A DNA stretch of 64,000 bases from Candidatus Hydrogenedentota bacterium. Lineage in GTDB: Bacteria > Hydrogenedentota > Hydrogenedentia > Hydrogenedentales > SLHB01. A model generated the notes under the pieces. It had not been told where the DNA came from. It ran no database searches and saw nothing but the letters and a program-made list of their open reading frames with translations. The stretch covers positions 386,225-450,224 of the forward strand of contig CAXXTH010000023.1 in assembly GCA_963668025.2 (NCBI GenBank), read 5' to 3'. A program made the translations under genes and the position numbers. This document shows, piece after piece, positions 29,787 through 39,803 of this stretch (the stretch's first letter is position 1; the number at the start of each line of letters is the position of its first letter).

Positions 29787-29809
29787 TTTTATGTATCGAG
29801 ATGGGATGG

Positions 29810-29980
29810 CTATTTCTTTTCGCGATGCACGGTGTGCTTGCGAAGCTTGGGATTATATTTCTTAATCTCCAGCCGTCCCGTTGTGTTCTTCACGTTTTTC
29901 ATGGTCGAATAGCGCGAAGTCCCAGGGGCCTCGGTGCATTCGAGGATCACCTTGATGCGGTTGCCTTTTGCCTTAGCCAT
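29810..29980 (-). CDS. rpmG: 50S ribosomal protein L33 (bL33)
   Basis: Manual translation [56 protein letters not shown]; GGAGG RBS; not in ORF track. Confidence 0.95.
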   Translation of the reverse strand: MAKAKGNRIKVILECTEAPGTSRYSTMKNVKNTTGRLEIKKYNPKLRKHTVHREKK

Positions 29981-30064
29981 GCTCACTTACCTCCACAGAG
30001 CGGAGCCGCCAGCTCCGCCTCACGCTCAAATCGGCTATGTACTTGCCTCTTTACAAAGGCCGTT

Positions 30065-30093
30065 AGTTTAGATCGCGCCGAATAGAATGTCAA
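30065..30093 (-). promoter_or_regulatory. Sigma70 promoter of rpmG
   Basis: Minus strand TTGACA-17 bp-TAAACT. Confidence 0.65.
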
Positions 30094-30225
30094 ACAAACC
30101 ATTGGCTCGAAATTCCAGCAATAAAAATGGCGCTCCGAGCCGTGGGTATATATACGCCCTTCATGGTTTAAAAAAGCATATTTATGCGGGGCGAAACTTA
30201 AAACAGTAATCTTACATGCCCATTT

Positions 30226-31272
30226 TTATTCCTGCGGATGCACCACGATGCGCATACCCGCTTTGTTCTCGGCGGCGGCGAAGGCTTCGGCGGTCCGTTC
30301 CAGCGGGAATTGGTGGCTGGCGTATTTGCCGATATTAATCCGCCCCGAGGCGATCAAGTCCACCGCCTTTTGATGATGGATGGGCAGCGAGCCGTGCGCG
30401 CCATGTACGAATAATTCCTTGTAGTGGATGATGTTCGTGTCCATCGACACCATCGAGCCTTTCGGGAGGCCGCCGAATAGGTTGACGCGCCCGCGGTTTA
30501 CGGCCATGTGCAGGGCGTCTGCATGGGACTGCGGCGACGGATTGGCCGTAATGACCACATTCGCGCCGAGGCCGCCTGTTTCCGCAAGGACCCGCTCGAC
30601 GGGATTCTCCTCGCTCATGCATACATATACATCCGCCACGCCCAGCGCTTGCGCGGCGTCCAGGCGGGGCTTCGAGCGGTTCATCAGAATGACCTTCGCC
30701 GCACCCATCATGCGCGCCACTTCGCACAGCATGCAGCCGATAGGCCCCGCGCCCATGACCACGACCTTGTCGCCCAGCACGACGCGCGACAATTCGAGGG
30801 CGTTCAGCACGCACGCCAGTGGTTCCGCCAAGGCCGCTTCATCAAAGGACACATGGTCCGGGATTTTATGCACAGGGCCGAAATTCACCACGATCCGGTT
30901 AAGCAGCACATATTCCGCGAAGCTGCCCGGAAACTGGTAGCCCATGGCGTAGTTGATTTGGCAATTGTTGCCCATGCCCGCCTCGCAGAACGCGCATTCG
31001 CCGCAGGGCACGTCCGCGCCGATGGCTACGCGGTCGCCCACTGTGAAACGGGTCACTTTTCCACCGACGCGCACGACCTCGCCGGAAGCCTCGTGTCCCA
31101 TAATCGCCGGGGGCTTTAGGCGCGAGTTGCCAAAGTGAAACATGCGCACATCAGACCCGCACACCGCGCAGGCATGCACTTTCACCAGAATGCTATCGTC
31201 GTCCACTTCCGGCGTGGGCACTTCCCGAACGGTAATTTTGTTGAGATCTTCCAGCAATGCCGCTTTCATCAT
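30226..31272 (-). CDS. Zinc-dependent polyol dehydrogenase (MDR)
   Basis: CGSD, GHE, CGECAFC..C and GAGPIG. Confidence 0.9.
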   Translation of the reverse strand: MMKAALLEDLNKITVREVPTPEVDDDSILVKVHACAVCGSDVRMFHFGNSRLKPPAIMGHEASGEVVRVGGKVTRFTVGDRVAIGADVPCGECAFCEAGMGNNCQINYAMGYQFPGSFAEYVLLNRIVVNFGPVHKIPDHVSFDEAALAEPLACVLNALELSRVVLGDKVVVMGAGPIGCMLCEVARMMGAAKVILMNRSKPRLDAAQALGVADVYVCMSEENPVERVLAETGGLGANVVITANPSPQSHADALHMAVNRGRVNLFGGLPKGSMVSMDTNIIHYKELFVHGAHGSLPIHHQKAVDLIASGRINIGKYASHQFPLERTAEAFAAAENKAGMRIVVHPQE

Positions 31273-31305
31273 GAACCATCCTTCTATCGTTTCGGAGCCG
31301 GAGGC

Positions 31306-32979
31306 CTATTGCCGTCCGCGCGCCGCGAGCCCTTCGTTGATTAATCCACGCATCTGTTTCATGTTGTCGCTGGGTGCGGCGGTTTTCGAGAACAGGCTGC
31401 TGCTTCCCGCCACCAGAATATCCGAGCCGCACTCCACCATGCGTGGCATGTTTGTAAAACTCACATTGCCATCCACTTCAATCAGGATATCTTTCCGCCC
31501 CGCCGCATCAAGAAACGCCCGGCAGTCCCGCAATTTCTCAAACGCGGAGGGCACCAGCCTTTGCCCGGCGAATCCGGGATTCACGGTCATCACCACCACG
31601 AAATCGATGGCATGCAGCACATAACGCAGCCAATCGAGCGGCGTGGCGGGATTCAGCGCCGCACCAGCTTTAATGCCTTTATCCTTGATGAGCGCCAGCG
31701 TCCGTTCGAGATGCCTCGCCGATTCGACATGGACGGAGATCATCTCGACGCCCATATCCGAAAGCTGGCGTACAAAGAAATCATTGTCCTCGACCATTAG
31801 ATGGACATCGAAGGGCATGCGGGTCTTCGGGCGCAGTTGGCGGATGGTCTCGAGCCCGAGCGGCATGTTTGGGGTGAATTTTGCGTCCATGATGTCAAAG
31901 TGCAGGATATCCACTCCCAGGGCCTCGAATCCGCGCACGCTCGATTCGAGATGGCACATGTCCGCGCACATCATCGAGGGTGCGATTTGCACGGGCTGCT
32001 TTTCACATAGCGTGGGCACGGCAGGCTCTGGCGCCTCGGCCACACTTTCCGCCGCAAACGCCTGGCGTAAATAGCGCAACGATTCGCGGAGCTGGGCCTC
32101 GAGCCGGCAGTCGCTGTAGTCACGGCCCAGCTTCGGCCCGGAAATCTCGAAATAGCCAATGGCCTCATCCACCGGGAGCGCATCCGCGTGGTCCAGCAAG
32201 AATTCGCGCACTTCGCATACATCCACGATGCCCCGCTCGCGCTCGGGGGCCGTAAAACCAAAAGTGGAGTTATAAATGCTGTCGGTATTTTTCAGATGCA
32301 GCTCCACTAAATCCGGCAATGCCGATTCGAGGAGTTCCTTCCAGCCATACCGCACGATGGAATCTTGGTCCGCATACCCATGGGACACATCGAAACAATA
32401 TCCCGCGCGCGCCGTGCCGGGCGTGGCGCGGTGGTGGGCGTTCAGTTCATCCGCATATTGGCGTATTTCCTCAGGCAGCGTGGGCGGCTCCGCCAGGCAG
32501 CTCATCGGCTCGATGGCCAGCCAGTGCAGCCCCTTCTCATGGGCATATGCCAGGAGTTCTTTCATGTGTTGCAGATAACATGCCGAACCGGCGTCTTTCG
32601 CGTTCATGCGATCGCGCGCCGCCGCTCCCGGATTCGATCCCGCAACAGGAACGCCTAAAAGCGAGGCTACTTCAATAAAGCGCTCGTACGACTTCCGCGC
32701 CACGGCTTCCCACGCGGGATGCCCATAAAAAAAGCCTCCTAATTCGCGGTGGGCGGTGAACATGCTCGAAATAGCAACGCCATAAGATTCCGCCGTGCGG
32801 CGCAATTCAAGGAAATAAGCGTCTGGAAGCTGGTACAGTTCAAAAAATGAGCCAAGCTGCGCATGGTACACGCCCTCTTCCGCCATCAGGCGGAAGAGCC
32901 AATCATAGGAATAGCGGTATTCGATGGGGTCGGTTTTTACGCCAAGCGTTAGTTTCAAGGATTTGTTATGCATAGTCAT
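31306..32979 (-). CDS. Fusion of a xylose-isomerase-like TIM barrel and a ribulose/allulose-phosphate 3-epimerase
   Basis: N-part: IEPMS, FDVSH, LHLKNTD, YFE. C-part: IAPSMMC, HFDIMD, DVHLM, MTVNPGFAGQ, VDGN, VAGSS. Confidence 0.85.
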   Translation of the reverse strand: MTMHNKSLKLTLGVKTDPIEYRYSYDWLFRLMAEEGVYHAQLGSFFELYQLPDAYFLELRRTAESYGVAISSMFTAHRELGGFFYGHPAWEAVARKSYERFIEVASLLGVPVAGSNPGAAARDRMNAKDAGSACYLQHMKELLAYAHEKGLHWLAIEPMSCLAEPPTLPEEIRQYADELNAHHRATPGTARAGYCFDVSHGYADQDSIVRYGWKELLESALPDLVELHLKNTDSIYNSTFGFTAPERERGIVDVCEVREFLLDHADALPVDEAIGYFEISGPKLGRDYSDCRLEAQLRESLRYLRQAFAAESVAEAPEPAVPTLCEKQPVQIAPSMMCADMCHLESSVRGFEALGVDILHFDIMDAKFTPNMPLGLETIRQLRPKTRMPFDVHLMVEDNDFFVRQLSDMGVEMISVHVESARHLERTLALIKDKGIKAGAALNPATPLDWLRYVLHAIDFVVVMTVNPGFAGQRLVPSAFEKLRDCRAFLDAAGRKDILIEVDGNVSFTNMPRMVECGSDILVAGSSSLFSKTAAPSDNMKQMRGLINEGLAARGRQ

Positions 32980-33002
32980 TTCATCTCTCCATTTGAGCGA
33001 AA

Positions 33003-33039
33003 ATGATTGTACTTGATTTTTAAATGGATTTTCAATCAT
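33003..33039. promoter_or_regulatory. Putative DeoR-family operator
   Basis: ATGATTG...CAATCAT inverted repeat plus TTGATT repeats in the AT-rich divergent gap. Confidence 0.45.
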
Positions 33040-33057
33040 ATTTGATTACGTAAGAAC

Positions 33058-33105
33058 GTGGCATGGGCGTCCCGCCCATGTGCATGGCCGGGACGGCCAT
33101 GCTAC
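33058..33105. repeat. REP doublet, family A
   Basis: GTGGCATGGGCGTCCCGCCCATG-TG-CATGGCCGGGACGGCCATGCTAC: two hairpins in inverted arrangement. Confidence 0.8.
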
Positions 33106-33132
33106 AAGAGCTGGCAAGGATACACACTGCCC

Positions 33133-33954
33133 ATGATTCAACGGGAACGGCAACAGCGCATACTCGCCTATTTGGCGGAGCACGACGTGATCACGGTCGA
33201 AGAGGCCATGGCTTTGCTCGATTCCAGCCCGGCCACGATCCGGCGCGATTTCAATGAGCTGGCCCGCGCGAACCTGGCCGAACGCACACATGGCGGGCTG
33301 GGCCGCGTGCGGACCGTTTTCGGCGGCATGCTGCCCTTCGTGTTTCGCGAGGTGCAATATTCGCGGGAGAAGGCCGCTCTCGCCCAGGAGGCGGCGAAAC
33401 TGCTTCATGCGGGCGACGTGCTGATGGTGGACGGCGGCACGTCCACGTTCCATCTGGCTCACGCATTGCCTGAGCTGCCCATGCGGGTGATCACGAACTC
33501 CGTGCGCCTTGCCGCCGTATTGGGCGATCAGCGCCCGGGTGAAGCCGGAATCGAGGTGTTCCTGACGGGCGGCTATTTATACCCCCAATCGGGCATGCTC
33601 GTCGGCCCCATGGCCGTGGCCACGTTGTCGCAATACCGGGCCAATTGGGCCTTCTTGTCTGTGGGCGGCATCAGCGAGGACGGCATATTCAACACCAACG
33701 AGTTTGTTGTTGAGAGCGAACGGATGATGCTCCAGCATTCCGACCAGGTAGTCGTTTTGGCGGACCACAGTAAAATCGGGCATAGCTCCATGTGCCGTAT
33801 TTGCGGCCTTGAAAACGTGGGAATGCTTATCACCGATGCTTATCCGGAAAACGAAGAAGCCCTGAAACGCTTCGCCGAGGCGGGGATCAACGTCGTGGAG
33901 GTCCGCCTGCCTGAAACGCGCGCAAGCGCGGATATAGAGGAGGAAAAACTGTAG
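33133..33954 (+). CDS. DeoR/GlpR transcriptional regulator
   Basis: RQQRIL..SPATIRRD..RTHGG, DGGTS, ITNS and ADHSK. Confidence 0.93.
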   Translation: MIQRERQQRILAYLAEHDVITVEEAMALLDSSPATIRRDFNELARANLAERTHGGLGRVRTVFGGMLPFVFREVQYSREKAALAQEAAKLLHAGDVLMVDGGTSTFHLAHALPELPMRVITNSVRLAAVLGDQRPGEAGIEVFLTGGYLYPQSGMLVGPMAVATLSQYRANWAFLSVGGISEDGIFNTNEFVVESERMMLQHSDQVVVLADHSKIGHSSMCRICGLENVGMLITDAYPENEEALKRFAEAGINVVEVRLPETRASADIEEEKL

Positions 33955-34081
33955 CCGACTGAAGAAGCATCTGGTATTTGGCAGCTTTGTTTATTGTCTT
34001 GCGCCGGTATTGATACAGTAATTTGCATCTGGAGACCGGCGCCCTCGCCGGTCATTCTTCACCGTTTGGCTAAAGTGTTGC
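33943..34081. mobile_element. Degenerate MITE copy
   Basis: Collinear with 39804-39943; TIRs match 11/14 and 13/14; no TSD. Confidence 0.75.
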
Positions 34082-34129
34082 GCCGTTTGTTTCATCTGTT
34101 CGGCGGACATTGATACAGGAGGTATACGT

Positions 34130-34903
34130 ATGGACATGTGGAAGTTCTTTGACATCACGCATCGGGAGCACATTCTCTGCAATCCGATGAGTCTTGAGAA
34201 ACTTGAACAGCTTATCACACTTCTGCCTCTAAAACCTGGGGCGCGCGTGCTTGATATCGCCACTGGAAAGGGCGAGTTTCTCATCAGGCTTGCAGAGCAG
34301 CACCGAGAAATGACAGGGACAGGAGTTGATCTCTCTCCTCACTTCATTGCTGATGTCCACAAGAAGCATCAAGAACGTGTTCCGGATGCCCAACTCCATT
34401 TCTTGGAGATGGACGGGGCCAAGTATGTCCCAGAGGCCTTAGAAAGCTTTGATCTGGCAGCCTGCATCGGTGCGAGTTGGATTTTTGGCGGGCATCGAGG
34501 GACGTTGAACGCGCTGCGGAAGATGGTGGCCCCAGAGAGTTGGATCGTTGTGGGTGAGCCGTACTGGCGGCATGAACCGGAAATCGAGTATCTAGAAGCG
34601 ATTGGAGTGGCAGGGAACGACTTCGGAACACATGAGCAGAATGTAGAGGCCGGGCGAGAATACGGATTGGAGGCGGTCTACACACTCGTAAGCAGCCAGG
34701 ACGACTGGGATAGATATGAAGGCTTGCAGTGGTATGCCGCGGAAACTTGGGCGAGTGAGCATCGGGATGATCCAGATGTGGAGACCGTGCTGAAGCGAGT
34801 GCGTGAGAGCAAAACAGCGTATCTGAGGTGGGGGCGGGAAACGCTGGGATGGGCTATTTATGTGTTCAAAAAAGGGGGGTATGGCGCAGTTTCCATTGGC
34901 TAA
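34130..34903 (+). CDS. Class I SAM-dependent methyltransferase, cassette-like
   Basis: VLDIATGKG, GVDLSP and VGEPYW; codon usage differs from neighbours. Confidence 0.9.
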   Translation: MDMWKFFDITHREHILCNPMSLEKLEQLITLLPLKPGARVLDIATGKGEFLIRLAEQHREMTGTGVDLSPHFIADVHKKHQERVPDAQLHFLEMDGAKYVPEALESFDLAACIGASWIFGGHRGTLNALRKMVAPESWIVVGEPYWRHEPEIEYLEAIGVAGNDFGTHEQNVEAGREYGLEAVYTLVSSQDDWDRYEGLQWYAAETWASEHRDDPDVETVLKRVRESKTAYLRWGRETLGWAIYVFKKGGYGAVSIG

Positions 34904-35057
34904 CGCGCCTTATTGGGCCTGCCCATGATGAGCCAGATGAAAAAGAGGCATCACCGCCATCGAACAAGCCGTTTCACCGGATCGGCGGGAAAAGGCGCCC
35001 ACCTCAAGGACTTTTACTTCATTCTTGTGAAATATTATCAAAGGAGAGAACCGAATC

Positions 35058-36101
35058 ATGAAGGCCTGTGTACTGCACGCGGTGGGCGATCTTCGTTGTG
35101 AAACAGTCGACGCGCCTGTTCCCAAGCCCGGCGAAGCATTGGTGCGTGTGCGCGCCTGCGGCGTGTGCGGCTCGGATATTCCCCGCGTATTTGTAAAGGG
35201 AACCTACTCGTTCCCGCTCATTCCGGGCCACGAATTCGCGGGTGAGATTGCCGCCGTGGGCGATGGCGTGGATGCGGGCCGTATCGGCCAGCGTGTGGCC
35301 GTGTTTCCCCTCAAGCCGTGCATGAAATGCCCGCTTTGCCGTATCGGCCACTACGCCCAATGCCAGGACTACGATTACCTGGGCTCCCGGTGTGATGGCG
35401 CGTTCGCGGAATATGCCACCGCGCCTGAATGGAACCTTCTTCCCATGCCGGATAGCGTCTCCATGGAAAAAGCAGCCATGGCGGAACCTGCTGCGGTGGC
35501 CCTGCACGCCGTGCGCCTCAGCGGCCTGTCGGCGGGCGATTCCATCCTCATATTCGGTGCAGGCCCCATCGGGCTGCTGGCAGCTGCATGGGCGCGTGCG
35601 GCGGGAGCGCGCGCCGTGCTGCTGGCCGACATCGACCCGGTCCGCCTTGATGCGGCGGCGGCATATGGCTTCCCCGTTTCATACAACCCGAAAGACGGCG
35701 GCCTTGCGGACTGGGTGAAACAGCAGACTGGCGCGGGCGCGGATGTGGTGCTCGAGGCCTCCGGCGCATCTCCGGCTTTCGAACAGGCCATGTACTGCGC
35801 GCGGCCTCTTGGTTCCGTAGTGCTTCTCGGCAATCCCATGGGCGAGATGAAGCTTTCCCAGCAAGGCTATTGGCAGATCCTGCGCAAGCAGCTCCGCCTC
35901 ACCGGTTCATGGAATTCGGAATATGGCGCATTCCCCGTCAACGAATGGCATCTAGCCCTCGACGCCATCGCCGCCCATCGTATCGACGTGATTCCGCTAA
36001 TCACACACCGCGTGGGCCTCGAACAGCTTCCCGATGCGTTGCTCATGATGCGCGACCGCACGGAGCCTTCCGGTAAAGTGATGTGCGTCAATAACGGATG
36101 A
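35058..36101 (+). CDS. Galactitol-1-phosphate 5-dehydrogenase-like MDR
   Basis: CGSDIPR, GHEF, structural Zn cysteines, GAGPIG and ILRKQLRLTGSWNS. Confidence 0.85.
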   Translation: MKACVLHAVGDLRCETVDAPVPKPGEALVRVRACGVCGSDIPRVFVKGTYSFPLIPGHEFAGEIAAVGDGVDAGRIGQRVAVFPLKPCMKCPLCRIGHYAQCQDYDYLGSRCDGAFAEYATAPEWNLLPMPDSVSMEKAAMAEPAAVALHAVRLSGLSAGDSILIFGAGPIGLLAAAWARAAGARAVLLADIDPVRLDAAAAYGFPVSYNPKDGGLADWVKQQTGAGADVVLEASGASPAFEQAMYCARPLGSVVLLGNPMGEMKLSQQGYWQILRKQLRLTGSWNSEYGAFPVNEWHLALDAIAAHRIDVIPLITHRVGLEQLPDALLMMRDRTEPSGKVMCVNNG

Positions 36102-36265
36102 GGCATGGCGCACGTGGAATGTTATCCATCATCGCTGGCTGGAAATGGGCGTTCGCTTTCGGGTTCATCATATTCTCGCTTGCGCATTCCGGCCATTTCG
36201 TGTTCAATGGCATTGTTTTCAGGGTAATACGCTGTTTCCGCAAACGGGATGGAAGGTGAGGCATC

Positions 36266-37009
36266 ATGGATTTATGGCTTCGGGATATTGTCGCGGAAGC
36301 AGGGCGGCTTGCTCTTTCGTACCATCACAGCGGCCAATTCGAGGTGCGCCAGAAAGCGGATGGCTCGCCAGTGACCACCGTGGACCTTGCAGTGGATGAA
36401 TTGCTGCATAGGCGCATTATCGAGCGGTTTCCCGATGACTGTATCTTGTCGGAAGAGACCAAAGATGATCCGAAGCGCCTTGAGGCGTCCCGTGTATGGA
36501 TCCTCGATCCGATTGACGGCACTTCGTATTTGGTCCGGCGGGAGCCGGAATTTTCCATTCTCGCCGCGTTATGTATTGATGGCGTAAACGTCGAATCCGT
36601 GGCGTATTTTCCTGCCCTCGAACTCATGCTGTATGCGCGGCTCGGGGAAGGGTGTTTCTTGAATGGCCGCCCGGTGCGGATGTCCCAGGAGGATGGCCCT
36701 CGAGCGCGTGTGGGCGTGCGAGGCGCGCGTTTCGCCCATCTCGATACGCTTGGCCGGCCGCTTGGCCACGCGGCGCTGGAATTGCTGCGGGTGGCGGCAG
36801 GGGAATTCGAGGGATGCGTGCTGTCGATTGGCGGGAGCGGCGGCGAACATGACTATGCGTGGCTGCCCTGTGTCATCGAAGAAGCGGGCGGCGTCGTGAC
36901 CGATGGTGAGGGGCTCCCGCTGCGTTTTAATAAAGTGGACCGCTCCTTGCCCAGTGCGATTGTAGCAGCCAATCCGCGGGTGCATGCCGCTTTGCTCGAA
37001 AAGCTGTAG
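36266..37009 (+). CDS. Inositol monophosphatase / CysQ family
   Basis: SPVTTVD, LSEE, WILDPIDGT and EEAGG. Confidence 0.9.
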   Translation: MDLWLRDIVAEAGRLALSYHHSGQFEVRQKADGSPVTTVDLAVDELLHRRIIERFPDDCILSEETKDDPKRLEASRVWILDPIDGTSYLVRREPEFSILAALCIDGVNVESVAYFPALELMLYARLGEGCFLNGRPVRMSQEDGPRARVGVRGARFAHLDTLGRPLGHAALELLRVAAGEFEGCVLSIGGSGGEHDYAWLPCVIEEAGGVVTDGEGLPLRFNKVDRSLPSAIVAANPRVHAALLEKL

Positions 37010-37038
37010 GCCCTTGGGCGTCGCGCCGGATGCCCGCA

Positions 37039-38478
37039 TCACGGCTGGCTGTGTTCTTTCAGCGCTTTTCGGCGCGCCAAAATGCGGTTGCGTTGAGAAA
37101 CGGGGGGGGGCGCATCAGCCGTTGCAGCGGATGGAATGAACCGGGGCTGGGCGTATTGCTGCATGAGTATGCGCACTCCCGGAAGCCCCCCAAGCATGAC
37201 CAGCACGATGGGCACGAATTGCGCGTTGAATAGCATATTGGCAAATGACAAGCATACCAAAAGCGCCGCGAGAGGCAATGCCGCAATAGGGGAAGTGGCC
37301 CAGTATTTTGGGTTGATACGCCAGCGAAGCAGCAAACCGGGCAGTATGAATGTGGCGATGAAAGTGGCAAGGCCCGCCAATCCGTTCTGGCCGAACAAGA
37401 TAATCCAGCGGCTATCAGTCACGGTAGTCACCTTGCCTTCCTCGTCCGTGACGCGATCCCGCCCCCAGCCGCCCCAGCCGAACAAGGGGCGCATCCACGC
37501 CCGTTCGCAGAGGATGATCTCGTTTTCAAAACGGAAATCCAAGGATTGGGCGCGGTCCGGGCCGAATACTTCCCCCGATATATCCACCGCCTCGCCGCCA
37601 TTCCACAAACCAGTGACTCGGATAAGGATGTACAAGACGGATAGGACGTTCCAAATCACGATTGGCGCACTGTTGCGGAAAAATAATATGGCTTCAAGCG
37701 TTATAATGCCTAGCATCATGAGCACGACAGCGAGGGATGACTTGGTGAGTATGGTTGTCACGAAAAGACCGGCCGCCAGCATCCACACCGGCATTCCCAT
37801 GTAGCGCACTAGCATGCGGCTGCGCCACAACCAATAACCGCATAAGGTGGTGAATCCCATCCATAAGCTCAGTGTCAGTCCGGAGCCGCCAATGAACACG
37901 ACCGGCCTGTATCCGCCGTAGCGCATGGTTTGTGCGAATTGCATGGTATGGTATCCATAAACGAGGCGATGAAGCTGGGGGCTCATGCGAATTTCAAATA
38001 GGCATAAAGGCGCGTAAATGAGCCCGCCAACGAATATGCCGATGGCTAAGTCGCGCATGGCCTCCGGCGTATCGAAGTAGACCCGGCCTATAAAATAGGG
38101 AACCATCCACGCCACGATATAGCCAAGCGCCTGGGACAGCCCGTCATAAACGCCAAGGCCGTTCGATATCGAGGAGAAAAGCGGGCAAAACGAGAAGAGA
38201 AGCACCGGCAGATCGAACCATCGAGGGCGGAATCGGAATAGACGCTCGGCATCGAAGATGAGCGTGGCGCACAGCACTCCGATAGAGGTGGCGGAGGTTT
38301 TGTCATAATCCGGGAAATAAGGGATGGAGTAACTCGCCACGGGCAAAAACAACCAGGCGAACAGGAAAGATACAATCACGGCGCGGCGCGCGGGGAGGGT
38401 GGCGAATATGACGAGCACCACGGGTATCCACCCGAATAGCACGACGGATACCAGCGGGGTGTGCGTATAATCTCCCAT
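37039..38478 (-). CDS. O-antigen ligase/polymerase-like membrane protein
   Basis: Polytopic; 'EIRMSPQLH', 'SLDFR', 'PLFGWGGWGR' and 'TDSRWII'. Confidence 0.75.
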   Translation of the reverse strand: MGDYTHTPLVSVVLFGWIPVVLVIFATLPARRAVIVSFLFAWLFLPVASYSIPYFPDYDKTSATSIGVLCATLIFDAERLFRFRPRWFDLPVLLFSFCPLFSSISNGLGVYDGLSQALGYIVAWMVPYFIGRVYFDTPEAMRDLAIGIFVGGLIYAPLCLFEIRMSPQLHRLVYGYHTMQFAQTMRYGGYRPVVFIGGSGLTLSLWMGFTTLCGYWLWRSRMLVRYMGMPVWMLAAGLFVTTILTKSSLAVVLMMLGIITLEAILFFRNSAPIVIWNVLSVLYILIRVTGLWNGGEAVDISGEVFGPDRAQSLDFRFENEIILCERAWMRPLFGWGGWGRDRVTDEEGKVTTVTDSRWIILFGQNGLAGLATFIATFILPGLLLRWRINPKYWATSPIAALPLAALLVCLSFANMLFNAQFVPIVLVMLGGLPGVRILMQQYAQPRFIPSAATADAPPPVSQRNRILARRKALKEHSQP

Positions 38479-38495
38479 GTTTGCCTACTGCCTCC

Positions 38496-39740
38496 TCAAG
38501 CGCCCAAGGCGATGCGTTCGTAGAATGCGGCCGTGCGTTCCGCCAAATCCTCGGGATTGTACCGCGCTTCCGAATCTTCGGCGGCCTGGCGGCCCAGCCG
38601 TTCCGCTAGGGCAGGCTCCTCGATGAGCGTGCAGAGTTTTTCCGCCAGATCCACGGCATCGCCCGGGCGGCATAATAGGCCGTTGTGGCCGTCTTGCACG
38701 ATCTCGGGAAGGCCGCCCGTGTTCGACATCACCAGCGGGCAGCCCATGGCGAAGGCTTCCGTGGCCGTGTTGGCGAAGTTCTCCCACCGCGAACAGACGA
38801 TGGTGGCGCAGGCGCGGCGGCGTTGCTCGAAGAGGGCGTTATAGGGCATTTCTCCTAACCAGGCAAAGCGGCCGCTTTCCGCCGCTCCGGGGAGCCGGAC
38901 GCCTGAATATTCCTGAATGGACCACTGATGGCCCGCATCGTCCACTAAGCCGCGATCAGGCCCCACAAATACCAAGCGGGCGTCCGGATGGCGATCAAGC
39001 ACCCGGGCGAAGGCGTCGATCATCACATCGCCCCCCTTGTGCCGGTCAAACCGGCCCACGAATAGGAGCGTTCCCTGTTCACAGGCGCTGGCTTTCCAGC
39101 GGGCCTCGGGGGGGATATCAGGCCGGGGATTCGGGATGACTTCCGCCTTGTTCAGCGCGAGCCCATACCGGCGGCGTGTCTGCTCAAGCACTTCGCGCGA
39201 AGGCGCTGTAATGCCATCGGCTGCGGCAATGGCGCGGCCCTCGGCATGTACGCGGTGACGGAATGTATGATCATCGGGGGCTCCCGCCGCCGCGCCATTG
39301 AGAAACCAAGGGCCGTGCAACCGCACGATAACGGGGGTCTTTATCCAGCGGCGGACCCACCAAGCCATGCCAAACGACTCCTCGAGCTGCAAGACATCGA
39401 GCGGGCCTTGCCTATTGAGGTAATGGACGCCCGCCGCCACCAAGCCGCCCATCGAGCGGGCCTGCACCACATCCGGTGCGATGCGCCGGGCGATACGCGC
39501 CAACAGCGGGCGGATGCCGTGAGTGTTCGTTAGCGCTTGCAAATCAACAATTCCTGGGGCTTGGCTGCCTTCTTCCACATGAAACGCCAGGAGGTGCAAA
39601 TCGATATGCCGCATCAACGCCGGGCGCATTTTGGCCACATAATTCACAATGCCATTGGCCAGGCTTCCTTGAGGCCATGCCGGCGTGACTATCGCCACGC
39701 GTAAGCGCCGGGTTCTGGAATGTCGTATGAATGCGTCCAT
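38496..39740 (-). CDS. Glycosyltransferase family 4
   Basis: FVGRFDRHKG and SRWENF....EA..G....GGLPE. Confidence 0.9.
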   Translation of the reverse strand: MDAFIRHSRTRRLRVAIVTPAWPQGSLANGIVNYVAKMRPALMRHIDLHLLAFHVEEGSQAPGIVDLQALTNTHGIRPLLARIARRIAPDVVQARSMGGLVAAGVHYLNRQGPLDVLQLEESFGMAWWVRRWIKTPVIVRLHGPWFLNGAAAGAPDDHTFRHRVHAEGRAIAAADGITAPSREVLEQTRRRYGLALNKAEVIPNPRPDIPPEARWKASACEQGTLLFVGRFDRHKGGDVMIDAFARVLDRHPDARLVFVGPDRGLVDDAGHQWSIQEYSGVRLPGAAESGRFAWLGEMPYNALFEQRRRACATIVCSRWENFANTATEAFAMGCPLVMSNTGGLPEIVQDGHNGLLCRPGDAVDLAEKLCTLIEEPALAERLGRQAAEDSEARYNPEDLAERTAAFYERIALGA

Positions 39741-39803
39741 GCCTACAGACTACACTGTACGCGCCCATCGAAACCACTTGGAATTCATCCGGATAGGATA
39801 TTT

